A stretch of DNA of 64,000 nucleotides, from assembly GCA_040220235.1 (NCBI GenBank), contig JAVJTO010000102.1; one strand, written 5' to 3'. A program made the position numbers and the translations under genes. This document shows, one piece after another, positions 51,501-59,028 of this stretch (positions are counted from its first letter, which is position 1; every line of letters starts with the position of its first letter). This stretch comes from Coleofasciculus sp. B1-GNL1-01. Lineage in GTDB: Bacteria; Cyanobacteriota; Cyanobacteriia; Cyanobacteriales; Coleofasciculaceae. Below the pieces are notes generated by a model. That model ran no database searches and was not told the DNA's origin. It saw only the letters and a list, made by a program, of their open reading frames with translations.

Positions 51501-51622
51501 CGCACGGTGGTAGAGTTACACCGTGCCAAAATTAGGGAAAATTTGCCTTGAGAGGCTCGAATTGCCCAAACTAAAGCCGCTAAGGAATTGGCGTTATTCT
51601 GGTTTACCTCATGTTCACTCAT
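45569..51622 (-). CDS. Large NLR-like protein: degenerate NTPase-like N-terminus, TPRs, STAND (nSTAND1-like) NTPase, TM-like helix, WD40 repeats
   Basis: Walker A GQSGVGKSS, Walker B LIFDQFEEFF, RPIELQVVG, YQLVHDYL; many GH..V..VSFSPDG..IASAS.D.TVKLW repeats. Confidence 0.9.
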   Translation of the reverse strand: MSEHEVNQNNANSLAALVWAIRASQGKFSLILARCNSTTVRSQIVQQLRDSSPVEWREVVLDQSVKRLFATLKAQLGDEQPSALMVFGLEALPNLGSVLTAANQVREEFRKQFSFPIVWWVTDDVLRQLMQLAPDLESWTKTIRFSSSPEQLIQLIQQTADQIFSQVLETGAGKFLSNVALNLGKGSPLRAELKSAYQELQHQGITFTPELEASWQFILGRIADGVSDESQQHYEQSLALWQHCLPGDLDDPESEKQTTVSPDVSSRNQYINQRLGCVLYSLGIGWRTYAVRHRAEYEMACDRAKGYFQQCVAVFEQCQQPELVTKFINAVGEILQRLKQWDELAALAEKALELHQTHSEPFRLARVYGFLAEVALAKSDWSEAQTLAQNALTLVQSYLESSSDSPSTGDVDWVRFYDQGWYHFALARAQRGLGQNAEAIDQLETARKQTQPHYEPELYIQILQALRDTYFQHGQYLKAFEIKQKQREIEQRYGFRAFIGAGRLQPKQEAISSSLLPGETKETITQEIAASGRQQDVQRLLERLGRIDHKLTVIYGQSGVGKSSIVQAGLIPVLQGEAIGIRDILPVLLQVYTDWRQELGQCLAESLKAVKAIRLTEPLDTTAVIEELNKNADRNLLTVLIFDQFEEFFFIYKDTQQRLPFYEFLRDCLDIPYVKVILSLREDYLHYLLEFNRLTMLEVINNNILDKLIIYYLGNFSPADTKSVIQSLTAQSQFFLEEALIDELVSDLAGHLGEVRPIELQVVGSQLQTEKITTLKQYREKGPKEVLVGRFLEEVVKDCGSENEQIAKLVLYLLTDENNTRPLKTRADLELELDVKLETLTLVLDVLVKSGLVLRVPASPADRYQLVHDYLVPFVRQQQSARLVAELEKEREQRKLTEAKLNQVLKQQLRAARRATLTLAGLLAVIGGVALTATVVGINLYLTNLTSVSTQKEELDRVVSALKAGKMLKQPLLSMATIPGTRLRVLAELNQALNGVTESNRLEGHEGTVTHISFSPKGDIIATASEDKTVRLWNLDGSSIGILKGHTNAVNSTMFSPNGKRLASVSQDGMVKLWDINGNLIKDWNAHQDGVTTVAFSPNGKLLATAGGDKTVKIWNRDGKPKAIIEIGDVTTLRFIPDSTILAMGSQYDTVKFWNINGKLIGEIDNYGAMSMQFNSDKSTIDIVNKDGSTKQWHINIFNGINENFLVKSTNSCDTEKISNISVNYYSNLAAYSLDNIYYKDRVVLAKKDSIGCYYIEELNHNDAITSLSLSPNGKLLASASQDNTIKIWRFEKTSNGSNTENSRTIKLAHSRNGIAVAKGRADNTVQLWQKNSNSPKIIQADSSILSFSPTGQTLATASADDIVTIWAIEGQKMRLPKSIFNIKYIEISPDSQRIATVSGNNTVQIWNREGILIQTLSGHRANIESVKFSPNGKVIATIEANDVVQLWHRDGKPIITLPGRSVIFSPDGQFVASLGEDNLIHIWRQNSKVIKTLIGHTDRVTSVKFSPNGKIIASVSDGGNRPANSEIKLWHSYNGSEIKTIANYGIGSLIFSPNGNIFASINADNTVKLWNIKGDLLGTIKGHNASIYDLKFSRNGEKIATASEDNTVRLWNGKNGSQIKTLRGHSDVVYSVSFSPDSEIIASASKDKTVKIWNSSYGTNINTLTVPSDEGNTDGLLFHRVSFSNNGKMITSVSGTRSWSSKKVKSKYTVRFWRRDGEHIKTLFGQSDNSLIKLDNGIIDLNLISFSEDSETVALARQEHNINLWDINRNLQSTLKGHSSWINSISFSDDGKKIASASDDKTVKLWNLDGDASSPQTIGKHEGKVNSVSFSKDGNTIASASDDKTVKIWNIDGSIFKDIDQHNEQMTSVRFSPNGKTLAYANENGAVRLWRSSTDKSIDLLKPDDSISNIDALNFSKDGKMLALGGSQMGKAQLYILNGMWLKLTELYNMTEFSDVSFSPSPQSITVSGNDGMLVLSPSLDELLEQGCDWARDYLKNNSKVPESDRTLCDGIGTPE

Positions 51623-53046
51623 CCCTGAAACTCCGGCGCTTGCAATAAAATTGGATTAATATCAAACCAAGACCCTTGCTGATCTCGATATTCATAGACA
51701 AAGCGACTACGGATCAGGAGTTGGTAGCCCTCATCCCCACTCACTTGTTTGCGCTGTTGCACTTGACGCAGCAGGTTCCACTCCCGATCATCAATCGCTA
51801 ATTTCATCTGATTGCGACGACTTCTAATCGCATTTTCTAAGCCTTCACGGGAGAGGGGAATTTGTCGTTCTTGTTCAATCCACTCATTCAGCAGTCTCAG
51901 CAATTCCCGCACATGACCCCCACTGACATAGCATAATCGATCTAAGGTTTCGGGTTGGTCAAAAATCTTGGAAATTAAGGTTAATCGCTGCTGAGTTTCA
52001 ACCTCTGGAAATGCCCTTACCAGAACCATTTGCCGTAATAGCATCATCCCTTGTTCACAGACACCGCCATCGCGCGATCGCACTGGAACCATAGGTAATA
52101 CTTTCGGATCAACCCCAAATCGTTCGGTTAATCTACCATAGTCATTGGAGAAAATTAAGCCTAAGGGTATGGTATAAACAACGTGGCAATTCAGTTGGCG
52201 TAACTGTTCGGCTCGATCCACAAACAAGTATTCCGGTTGAGTTCGTCCCCAGGGTTTTTTCACTGTCTCAACCCGATCCAAATTATCTACAAGCACCACA
52301 AGACCTTTTTTTCCCTGTTGTTTTAGGCTGTCTTGGGCGGGTATCAGTAGTTCTTGATTAATCGCGTCAATAATTCCCTTGGTGCGCGGTTCTAGATATT
52401 CCCGTAACTTATTCCGCAAGTCTGGACTATCTTTGGCTTTCGCTGTGATTTTACCAATCCCCAGTGCTACCAGGGACACGCCTTCTTTGTCACTCGCCGT
52501 GACTTGACCAATCCCTGGAATCCCCACATCTGCCGAAAACTCTCCCTCGGTGTTCGCCTCAATTTTGCCAATACCGGGAACCGAGGCTTGAGCCGACAGT
52601 TCCAGTTCTGTCTGCAACAGCTTCGCCGCACCTCGGAGAATCGCCTTCAATCCCTTCGGTTCAGCAATTTCTATCCGATTGAGACTCTCACTCACCCGAC
52701 GTGCGATCGCTAGGAGAATATCGGTAACATCCACATCCCCCATTTCCAGATACTGACTCGACTCAAAATACACCAGATGGTAACCCGCCTGTTCTAATTC
52801 GGCTTTGAGTCCCAACAACTCCGTAGACTTCCCGCAGCCAATATGTCCGGTAAATAGCTGACACGTCGGCTTTCCCCGGGAGAAAAACGTAATTTTATCC
52901 CTTAAGTCCTTAATAATATTGCTGCCTCTGACGGGAGAAAAGTCAATGTAGTATTGCTTCTCCTCTGGATTCTCCACCGCCAACGGTTTGGTCGGATCAA
53001 GTAATTCATAGAATTGCAACAAATCCAGTGTCATGCCCAGAGCCAC
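51619..53046 (-). CDS. P-loop NTPase (KAP/AAA-like) translationally coupled to the STAND-WD40 gene
   Basis: FTGHIGCGKSTEL, VLVDNLDRV, SGGHVRELL; ATGA overlap at 51619-51622. Confidence 0.88.
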   Translation of the reverse strand: MALGMTLDLLQFYELLDPTKPLAVENPEEKQYYIDFSPVRGSNIIKDLRDKITFFSRGKPTCQLFTGHIGCGKSTELLGLKAELEQAGYHLVYFESSQYLEMGDVDVTDILLAIARRVSESLNRIEIAEPKGLKAILRGAAKLLQTELELSAQASVPGIGKIEANTEGEFSADVGIPGIGQVTASDKEGVSLVALGIGKITAKAKDSPDLRNKLREYLEPRTKGIIDAINQELLIPAQDSLKQQGKKGLVVLVDNLDRVETVKKPWGRTQPEYLFVDRAEQLRQLNCHVVYTIPLGLIFSNDYGRLTERFGVDPKVLPMVPVRSRDGGVCEQGMMLLRQMVLVRAFPEVETQQRLTLISKIFDQPETLDRLCYVSGGHVRELLRLLNEWIEQERQIPLSREGLENAIRSRRNQMKLAIDDREWNLLRQVQQRKQVSGDEGYQLLIRSRFVYEYRDQQGSWFDINPILLQAPEFQG

Positions 53047-53182
53047 TCAATTTCCGTTCGAGAACTAATTGAACCATAACTGTTCTCACACCAGACTAGG
53101 GCGAATTTTTAACTTTTCTTTACCTAGCGACAAAGCATAGCATAGCATGGCGCTGTTCATTATTAGGCTAGCCCATCCAGTT

Positions 53183-53370
53183 TTAAGGCGGAAATAAAAT
53201 TAAGTTTGTTGTTGCGCTGTCTTCACTAAAGTTAGTATTCCGAAAGTCGGCTCCCTGAGCATTTACATTTTCGAGGATAACTGCTTCCAGAGTAGCACCA
53301 TTCAAGTTAGCGTTTTTCAGGATAGCTCCTGTCAAGTCAGTTGCTTTAAGGTTGGCTGTTGTATTAACAA
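53183..53370 (-). pseudogene. Pentapeptide-repeat gene fragment
   Basis: ANLKATDLTGAILKNANLNGATLEAVILENVNAQGADFRN; the apparent N-terminus is only a translated heptamer repeat. Confidence 0.55.
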
Positions 53371-53384
53371 ACCTCAAATCCTTA

Positions 53385-53422
53385 CAAATGACGAATGACG
53401 AATGACAAATGACAAATGACAA
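53385..53422. repeat. STRR-type heptamer repeat (A[A/C]GAATG / ACAAATG)n
   Basis: About 5 copies of CAAATGA/CGAATGA. Confidence 0.85.
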
Positions 53423-53514
53423 TCCCCACCTACTTACCCCTGAGTAGCTTCTAACACGCCAGATTCGTTACAGTGTCTCTAAGACAATCACAGCAATTGA
53501 ATCCGTAAACTACA

Positions 53515-55416
53515 ATGGCAATGGCAACGACTTCTCCAGTATCCCAAGCACTACCTCCCTTAATTCCCCGCGAAACTCTATTCGGAAACCCCGATCGCAC
53601 CCGCCCCCAGCTATCGCCCGATGGTAAGTATTTGGCTTATATCGCCCCGGATGAGAAAAATGTGTTGCAAGTCTGGTTGCGAACCGTAGGAGAAGATGAT
53701 GATCAGCAGCTAACGGCGGATCAAAAGCGGGGGATTCGCCTTTATGTCTGGACATACAATCCTAACCAGCTTATTTATCTGCAAGACTCAGACGGCGACG
53801 AAAACTTTCACCTCTACTTGGTGAATGTCCAATCCAAGTTAGTGCGCGATTTAACCCCCTTCCAAGGCGTGAAAGCCCAACCGATTGACCTTGATCCAGA
53901 GTTTCCGGATCAAGTCTTGGTGGGAATGAATCTCAACGATCGCCAAAAATTTGATGTGTATCGGGTTAATCTAAATAATGGGGCAGTGGAGTTTGAGACC
54001 GATAACCCTGGTAATATCGTCAGTTGGGTGGCTGATGCTCAATTCCAGATTCGGGGGGCGATCGCAGCCACGCCAGATGGGGGTTCCGATCTGTTATTTC
54101 GCCAGACGCCTGATAAATCTTGGGAATTATTACGCCACTGGGGACCCGATGATGAAGGATCAGCCGTAACCTTTTCTCAGGATGGCAAAACCCTATATAT
54201 TAGTGGATCGCACGATGCCAATGCCCAACGGTTAATTGCTTTAGATTTAGCCTCCCGCCAAGAAACCGTTATGGCGGCTGATGAGCAGTATGATATCGGT
54301 GGTGTGGTCATTCATCCAACTCAGCGCCGGATTCAGGCGGTGTCCTTTTATAAGGATAAAGTGGAATGGCAAATTCTCGATGACAGTATTGCTGATGATT
54401 TTAATGCGATCGCGCAAATCCGAGACGGTGAATTTGCCATCACCAATCGCACGTTAGCGGATGATACCTGGTTGGTTGGCTACGCCACGGATGATGGTCC
54501 GGTTTATTACTATGTGTATAACCGTGAGGCTAAAACCCACTCCTTGTTATTTAGCAATCAACCCGAATTGGAAACGTTGCAACTCGCATCAATGCAACCC
54601 ATTTCTTACCAAGCACGGGATGGTTTAACGATTCACGGCTATCTCACCACGCCTGTTGGAATTGAGGCAAAAAATTTACCCACGGTGCTTTTAGTTCACG
54701 GTGGACCTTGGGCGCGAGATACGTGGGGGTATAGTCCAACAGTACAATGGTTGGCTAACCGAGGTTATGCCGTGCTGCAAGTCAATTTCCGAGGATCTAC
54801 AGGTTACGGGAAAGCGTTCCTAAATGCCGGAAATCGTGAATGGGCGGCAAAGATGCATGATGATTTAATTGATGCCGTCAATTGGATTGTAGACCAAGGG
54901 ATTGCGGATCGGAATAAGGTGGCAATTATGGGCGGATCGTATGGTGGATATGCCACATTAGTCGGATTAGCGTTTACCCCAGAAGTATTTGCGGCGGGTG
55001 TGGATATTGTTGGTCCGAGTAACTTAGTGACGTTGATGCAAAGTATTCCTCCCTACTGGGCACCCATGAAAGCCGTATTTGCCCATCGATTGGGCGATTT
55101 GGATACAGAGGAGGAGTTTCTCAAAGCGCGATCGCCTTTGTTTTTTATTGACCGGATTCAGAAGCCATTATTGATTGGTCAAGGGGCAAATGATCCACGG
55201 GTAAAACAAGCCGAAAGTGAACAAATTGTTGAAGCGATGCGAAAGGCAGATAAACCCGTTGAATACGCCCTTTACACAGACGAAGGACATGGATTTGCTC
55301 GTCCAGCGAATCGGCTTCACTTTTTCGCGATCGCCGAAGAGTTTCTCAGTAAATATTTAGAGGGACGCTTTGAACCGATTGGTGAAATCAAGGGTCATTC
55401 GGGGGTGGTGAGTTAA
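53515..55416 (+). CDS. S9 family peptidase (dipeptidyl aminopeptidase/acylaminoacyl peptidase)
   Basis: VHGGPW, NFRGSTGYG, nucleophile GGSYGG, GANDPRV, DEGHG. Confidence 0.93.
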   Translation: MAMATTSPVSQALPPLIPRETLFGNPDRTRPQLSPDGKYLAYIAPDEKNVLQVWLRTVGEDDDQQLTADQKRGIRLYVWTYNPNQLIYLQDSDGDENFHLYLVNVQSKLVRDLTPFQGVKAQPIDLDPEFPDQVLVGMNLNDRQKFDVYRVNLNNGAVEFETDNPGNIVSWVADAQFQIRGAIAATPDGGSDLLFRQTPDKSWELLRHWGPDDEGSAVTFSQDGKTLYISGSHDANAQRLIALDLASRQETVMAADEQYDIGGVVIHPTQRRIQAVSFYKDKVEWQILDDSIADDFNAIAQIRDGEFAITNRTLADDTWLVGYATDDGPVYYYVYNREAKTHSLLFSNQPELETLQLASMQPISYQARDGLTIHGYLTTPVGIEAKNLPTVLLVHGGPWARDTWGYSPTVQWLANRGYAVLQVNFRGSTGYGKAFLNAGNREWAAKMHDDLIDAVNWIVDQGIADRNKVAIMGGSYGGYATLVGLAFTPEVFAAGVDIVGPSNLVTLMQSIPPYWAPMKAVFAHRLGDLDTEEEFLKARSPLFFIDRIQKPLLIGQGANDPRVKQAESEQIVEAMRKADKPVEYALYTDEGHGFARPANRLHFFAIAEEFLSKYLEGRFEPIGEIKGHSGVVS

Positions 55417-55653
55417 ATTGAAATGTAGGGGCGCAAGGTTTGCGCCCTTTTCCGTATAATTGGTTACGAAATTATGTTGTTTTAACGCAGAGGAGCGCAG
55501 AGGTTTACGCAGAGGGCGCAGAGGAAGTTGGTTGATGTGAATGAACATTTTATAGAATTGGATAAATAACTGGAAACGATATCAGTAGTCAAATTACCCA
55601 TTAAATACGCCATTTTATGACAGACGTGCCATGGTACGTCTCTACAAAATCAG

Positions 55654-56979
55654 ATGCAGGATTCTCATAATTACTATCAAATTCTGGAGATTTCTCCTGG
55701 CGCAACCCAACAGGAGATTAAACAGGCTTATCGTCGCCTCGTGCGTCAATACCATCCAGATTTGCATCCTGATAATCCAGACGCCACAGAGCGATTTAGA
55801 GCAATTTGTGAGGCGTATCAGGTGCTGTCAGATGAAGTAAAGCGGCGTCAGTATAACCAAGAGGTTCAACCTCAGCCTAATCCGCCTAAAACGGAGTCAA
55901 TGACGGCTCAAGATTTCTATGTACGGGCGGTTAGTAAAGCATTGGCTAAAAATTATCAGGGGGCGGTTAAGGATTGTAATCAAGCGATTTCCCTAAATCC
56001 TAACTTTGTAGACGCCTACGTGGAACGGGGCGCAGCGTATTATAAACTAGGAAATGCGAGGAAAACACTACAAGATTGTAATCAGGCATTAAGGATTAAT
56101 TCTCAGTTTGCCCCAGCTTATTATTACCAAGGGAGAGCGCGTTATCGACTAGGATATAGTCAGGCGGCGATTGATGCCTATACTCAAGCGATCGCCTATC
56201 ATCCTACTCACGCTCAGGCTTACTATCAGCGCGGTTTAGCCCATAAAGATTTGCAAGAATTTGAAAGCGCGATCGCGGATTTTCACCAAGCGGCACAATT
56301 ATTACGTGAACAAGGAGATAAAACAGGATATCGGTTAGTTCAGGAAACGTTGCGAACTCTGCAACAAACACCCGGAAAAGGGGGAGTTTCCCGGAAACGA
56401 AATCCTATCCGTTATCTCAAAGGGTTATTGGGGGACACGCTATTTACAATCAAGTCCTTTTTACTCAATCCCATGGGGGGACTCTTACCCAGTTTTGCCC
56501 GTCTCGATGCTCAACGAGCTAGGGGGGTAGGATTCCTATTGGCGGCGATTTTTGATGCTTGTTTTGTCTGGGGTGTTTATGCAGGGTGGCGGGATATGGT
56601 TTCTATTTCCCTGGTTCCATTAATCGGCGTGGGTATGATGCCATTTATCATTCTAGCCGCGATGAGTGCGATCGCCCGATTAATTCGGCGTCATCCTAGT
56701 AGTTTGGCGGGGGATAGTTTTCTGGCTGGGGCGACACTGATGCCATTAACTATTTTAGCGATCGCTAATGGGATTTCGTCCAATTTGCCGAGTCAACTCA
56801 TGGTGATGATCACCGTATTCACTAGCTGCTACACGATTCTGACGCTGTATAGTGGTTGCACACAGATCGCCAATTTCTCGGAAAAGACAGCCGCGTTATT
56901 GGTTCCGGTGATGGTTTTAGTCAGTGGCTGGATTTCCTATTGGGCGTTTATGGCGATGCTGGGAACGGCGTCTTTTTGA
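55654..56979 (+). CDS. DnaJ-domain + TPR + C-terminal membrane domain protein
   Basis: NYYQILEI...YHPDLHP (HPD motif); TPRs AYYYQGRARY; about 5 TM segments. Confidence 0.88.
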   Translation: MQDSHNYYQILEISPGATQQEIKQAYRRLVRQYHPDLHPDNPDATERFRAICEAYQVLSDEVKRRQYNQEVQPQPNPPKTESMTAQDFYVRAVSKALAKNYQGAVKDCNQAISLNPNFVDAYVERGAAYYKLGNARKTLQDCNQALRINSQFAPAYYYQGRARYRLGYSQAAIDAYTQAIAYHPTHAQAYYQRGLAHKDLQEFESAIADFHQAAQLLREQGDKTGYRLVQETLRTLQQTPGKGGVSRKRNPIRYLKGLLGDTLFTIKSFLLNPMGGLLPSFARLDAQRARGVGFLLAAIFDACFVWGVYAGWRDMVSISLVPLIGVGMMPFIILAAMSAIARLIRRHPSSLAGDSFLAGATLMPLTILAIANGISSNLPSQLMVMITVFTSCYTILTLYSGCTQIANFSEKTAALLVPVMVLVSGWISYWAFMAMLGTASF

Positions 56980-57257
56980 GGATGCAATCGAGACACTGTA
57001 CCAAGCCGATAGTTCATTAAGTTTGTGTAAACTTACCAACTCCCTAAATAAAATAGGAAATCCTGGAAACAATTCTAGATATTATCGCCAAACTAACTCA
57101 ATCCGGACATTTGGGGCATAATTTCAAGTAATACTTTCCTTATAGTTTAGTTGAGGTTATATGAAAAGCTAATGAAGTTAAGTTAATCCGCTTGCTTTGC
57201 CAACCGTAATCACTCTACGCTAGATAACAGTATAGTTATCAGTATGCTTAAAAAGCT

Positions 57258-57977
57258 ATGAAAAAAACCTTATTGGCAAGTTTAAGTGTAGTCTTAGGTT
57301 TAATCTTTGTTTCTGAGAATGCACAAGCCCTTACCTTGTATGCGGAAGACTTCTCTGGTGAAAACGGTAAAGGAGCAACAGGCGGAGCGGCTACAGACGT
57401 AGTTGGCGTAGATTGGTCGATTGAGTTGCATGATGCGGCTCTCTTTGACTCCAACGATTACTTCAGAGTCGAGGCTGAAGCCTTCACCGCTCGTGATACA
57501 AACGCGGGTTGTCCGAATGTAAGATGTTCTGGGGGTAATCTTAATCCCTTATTTCCAGCGTGGCTGAGTCCAAAAATCGATATTTCTGGATTTAGTAATC
57601 TGGCGTTATCGTTGGATGCTTTCGCCAGTGATGTCAGTTTTGAACACGAGGAAAATAGCCCGATTGGTCACAAAGATTACTTTATTGTCTCCTATTTACT
57701 AGATGATGTTGAATTTTTAGCGGCTGACTTAATTACCCAGACTGGGTTTTTCACGAATCAAACGGTGAATCAAGCGATCGGTGATGGTAGTACATTACAA
57801 GTGAAAGTGCAGCTAAACACGACGGCATCCACAGAGTTGTTGTCATTTGATAACATTTTGGTCACAGGAGATCAAATCAATCCCCCTCAGTCTGTCCCTG
57901 AACCTGCGTCTATTATGGGTTTAATCGCACTTGCGGGTTTCGGTATAGCTTCCCGTAAACGCCAATCTGCTAAGTAG
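57258..57977 (+). CDS. PEP-CTERM sorting domain protein
   Basis: Signal peptide ending AQA; C-terminal VPEPASIMGLIALAGFGIASRKRQ. Confidence 0.9.
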   Translation: MKKTLLASLSVVLGLIFVSENAQALTLYAEDFSGENGKGATGGAATDVVGVDWSIELHDAALFDSNDYFRVEAEAFTARDTNAGCPNVRCSGGNLNPLFPAWLSPKIDISGFSNLALSLDAFASDVSFEHEENSPIGHKDYFIVSYLLDDVEFLAADLITQTGFFTNQTVNQAIGDGSTLQVKVQLNTTASTELLSFDNILVTGDQINPPQSVPEPASIMGLIALAGFGIASRKRQSAK

Positions 57978-58071
57978 GGGCTGCTGAATAAGTCTTGTAG
58001 TGGGGTTAGAGAGCAGGGGAAGCAGGGGAAGCAGAGGGAGCTGGGGGAGCAATGGTACATTTTCGGTGATT

Positions 58072-58426
58072 CTATCGCCATAAATCCGGGTTAGTTACCC
58101 CTGTTATAAACCAGTCCGCGCAGGCGGACTTTGTTTGTGTAGCAGCGATTTCAATCTCAGTCTGGCTGACATCATGTAGATCTAGGGCTATTTTTGTAAA
58201 GAACAACTGGGCATGAAATCGCAGTGACCAATAAACGATGCGGTAACTCAATTTACCGTGAAAGGTATTAATCGGATCGGTAAAGCAAATATCTTCAGTA
58301 TAAATATCATAAGAAATATCGCGTTCAAATAGCGGTGGCAAGTCTCGCTTAATTCTCTCAATATTCTGCTGAATTTGCGCTTGATAGTCAGTTTCTCTAG
58401 CGGTCTGACGCTCTGATATTGGCATA
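58072..58426 (-). pseudogene. Truncated DUF2358 (SnoaL/NTF2-like) gene
   Basis: DLPPLFERDISYDIY..DICFTDPINTFHGKLSYRIVYWSLRFH, then an abrupt switch to IAATQTKSACAD, the translation of a dispersed repeat (AGTCCGCGCAGGCGGACT palindrome at about 58113). Confidence 0.7.
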
Positions 58427-58764
58427 ACAATTCCTTGGTGCGTCAACAGTAGCAATTATTGTCTATAGAAGAAATAGTAGCGCTATCCAATTTGTTGAAA
58501 CACCCTCCTAAGACTGAGATTGGATAAAAGTTTGGGGGGAGCATGTCAGTTTTGCCCGCAGGATTATTGTAGGTTGGGTTTCGACTTCTGATAGTAAGCC
58601 TTTAGGCTATGTACTCACACGCATCGAACCATTTCACCCTCATCCCCTAACCCCTTCTCCCATCGAGGGAGAAGGGGAACTATAACTGCCTTCCCACAGC
58701 CGATGGTGAGAATTGAGATGTAACAGATGAAAACATGCGATCGCGTTATCGTAAAACCCAATCT

Positions 58765-58831
58765 GTAGGGGCGGGTTTAGGGACTAACCTATTAAAACAT
58801 AACCGATAACTTTCGTACAAAACCCGCCCTT
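58765..58831. repeat. GTAGGGGCGGGTTT...AAACCCGCCC REP-like element
   Basis: Same arms as 44068..44130. Confidence 0.8.
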
Positions 58832-59028
58832 CCAAAGTTTGCGATCGCGTCTTTCCCGTCTGTTGTTATAATCTTTTTGTTCACCGTTTCTTTGGCATTA
58901 GATTTTCTTTGACAAAATGACTTGAATAGGCTGAAGCCCTTACTACAAAACTCGCCCGACCAAAGTTTGCGATCGCGTCTTCCCTGTCTGTTGTCTTAAT
59001 ATATAGGATGGGTCAGCATTTGAGCGGC

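Noticed and set aside
53515..55416. S9 peptidase as the leader protease of the RiPP modules
   Set aside because: More than 20 kb away, separated by unrelated genes, and of a widespread housekeeping type; no supporting linkage.
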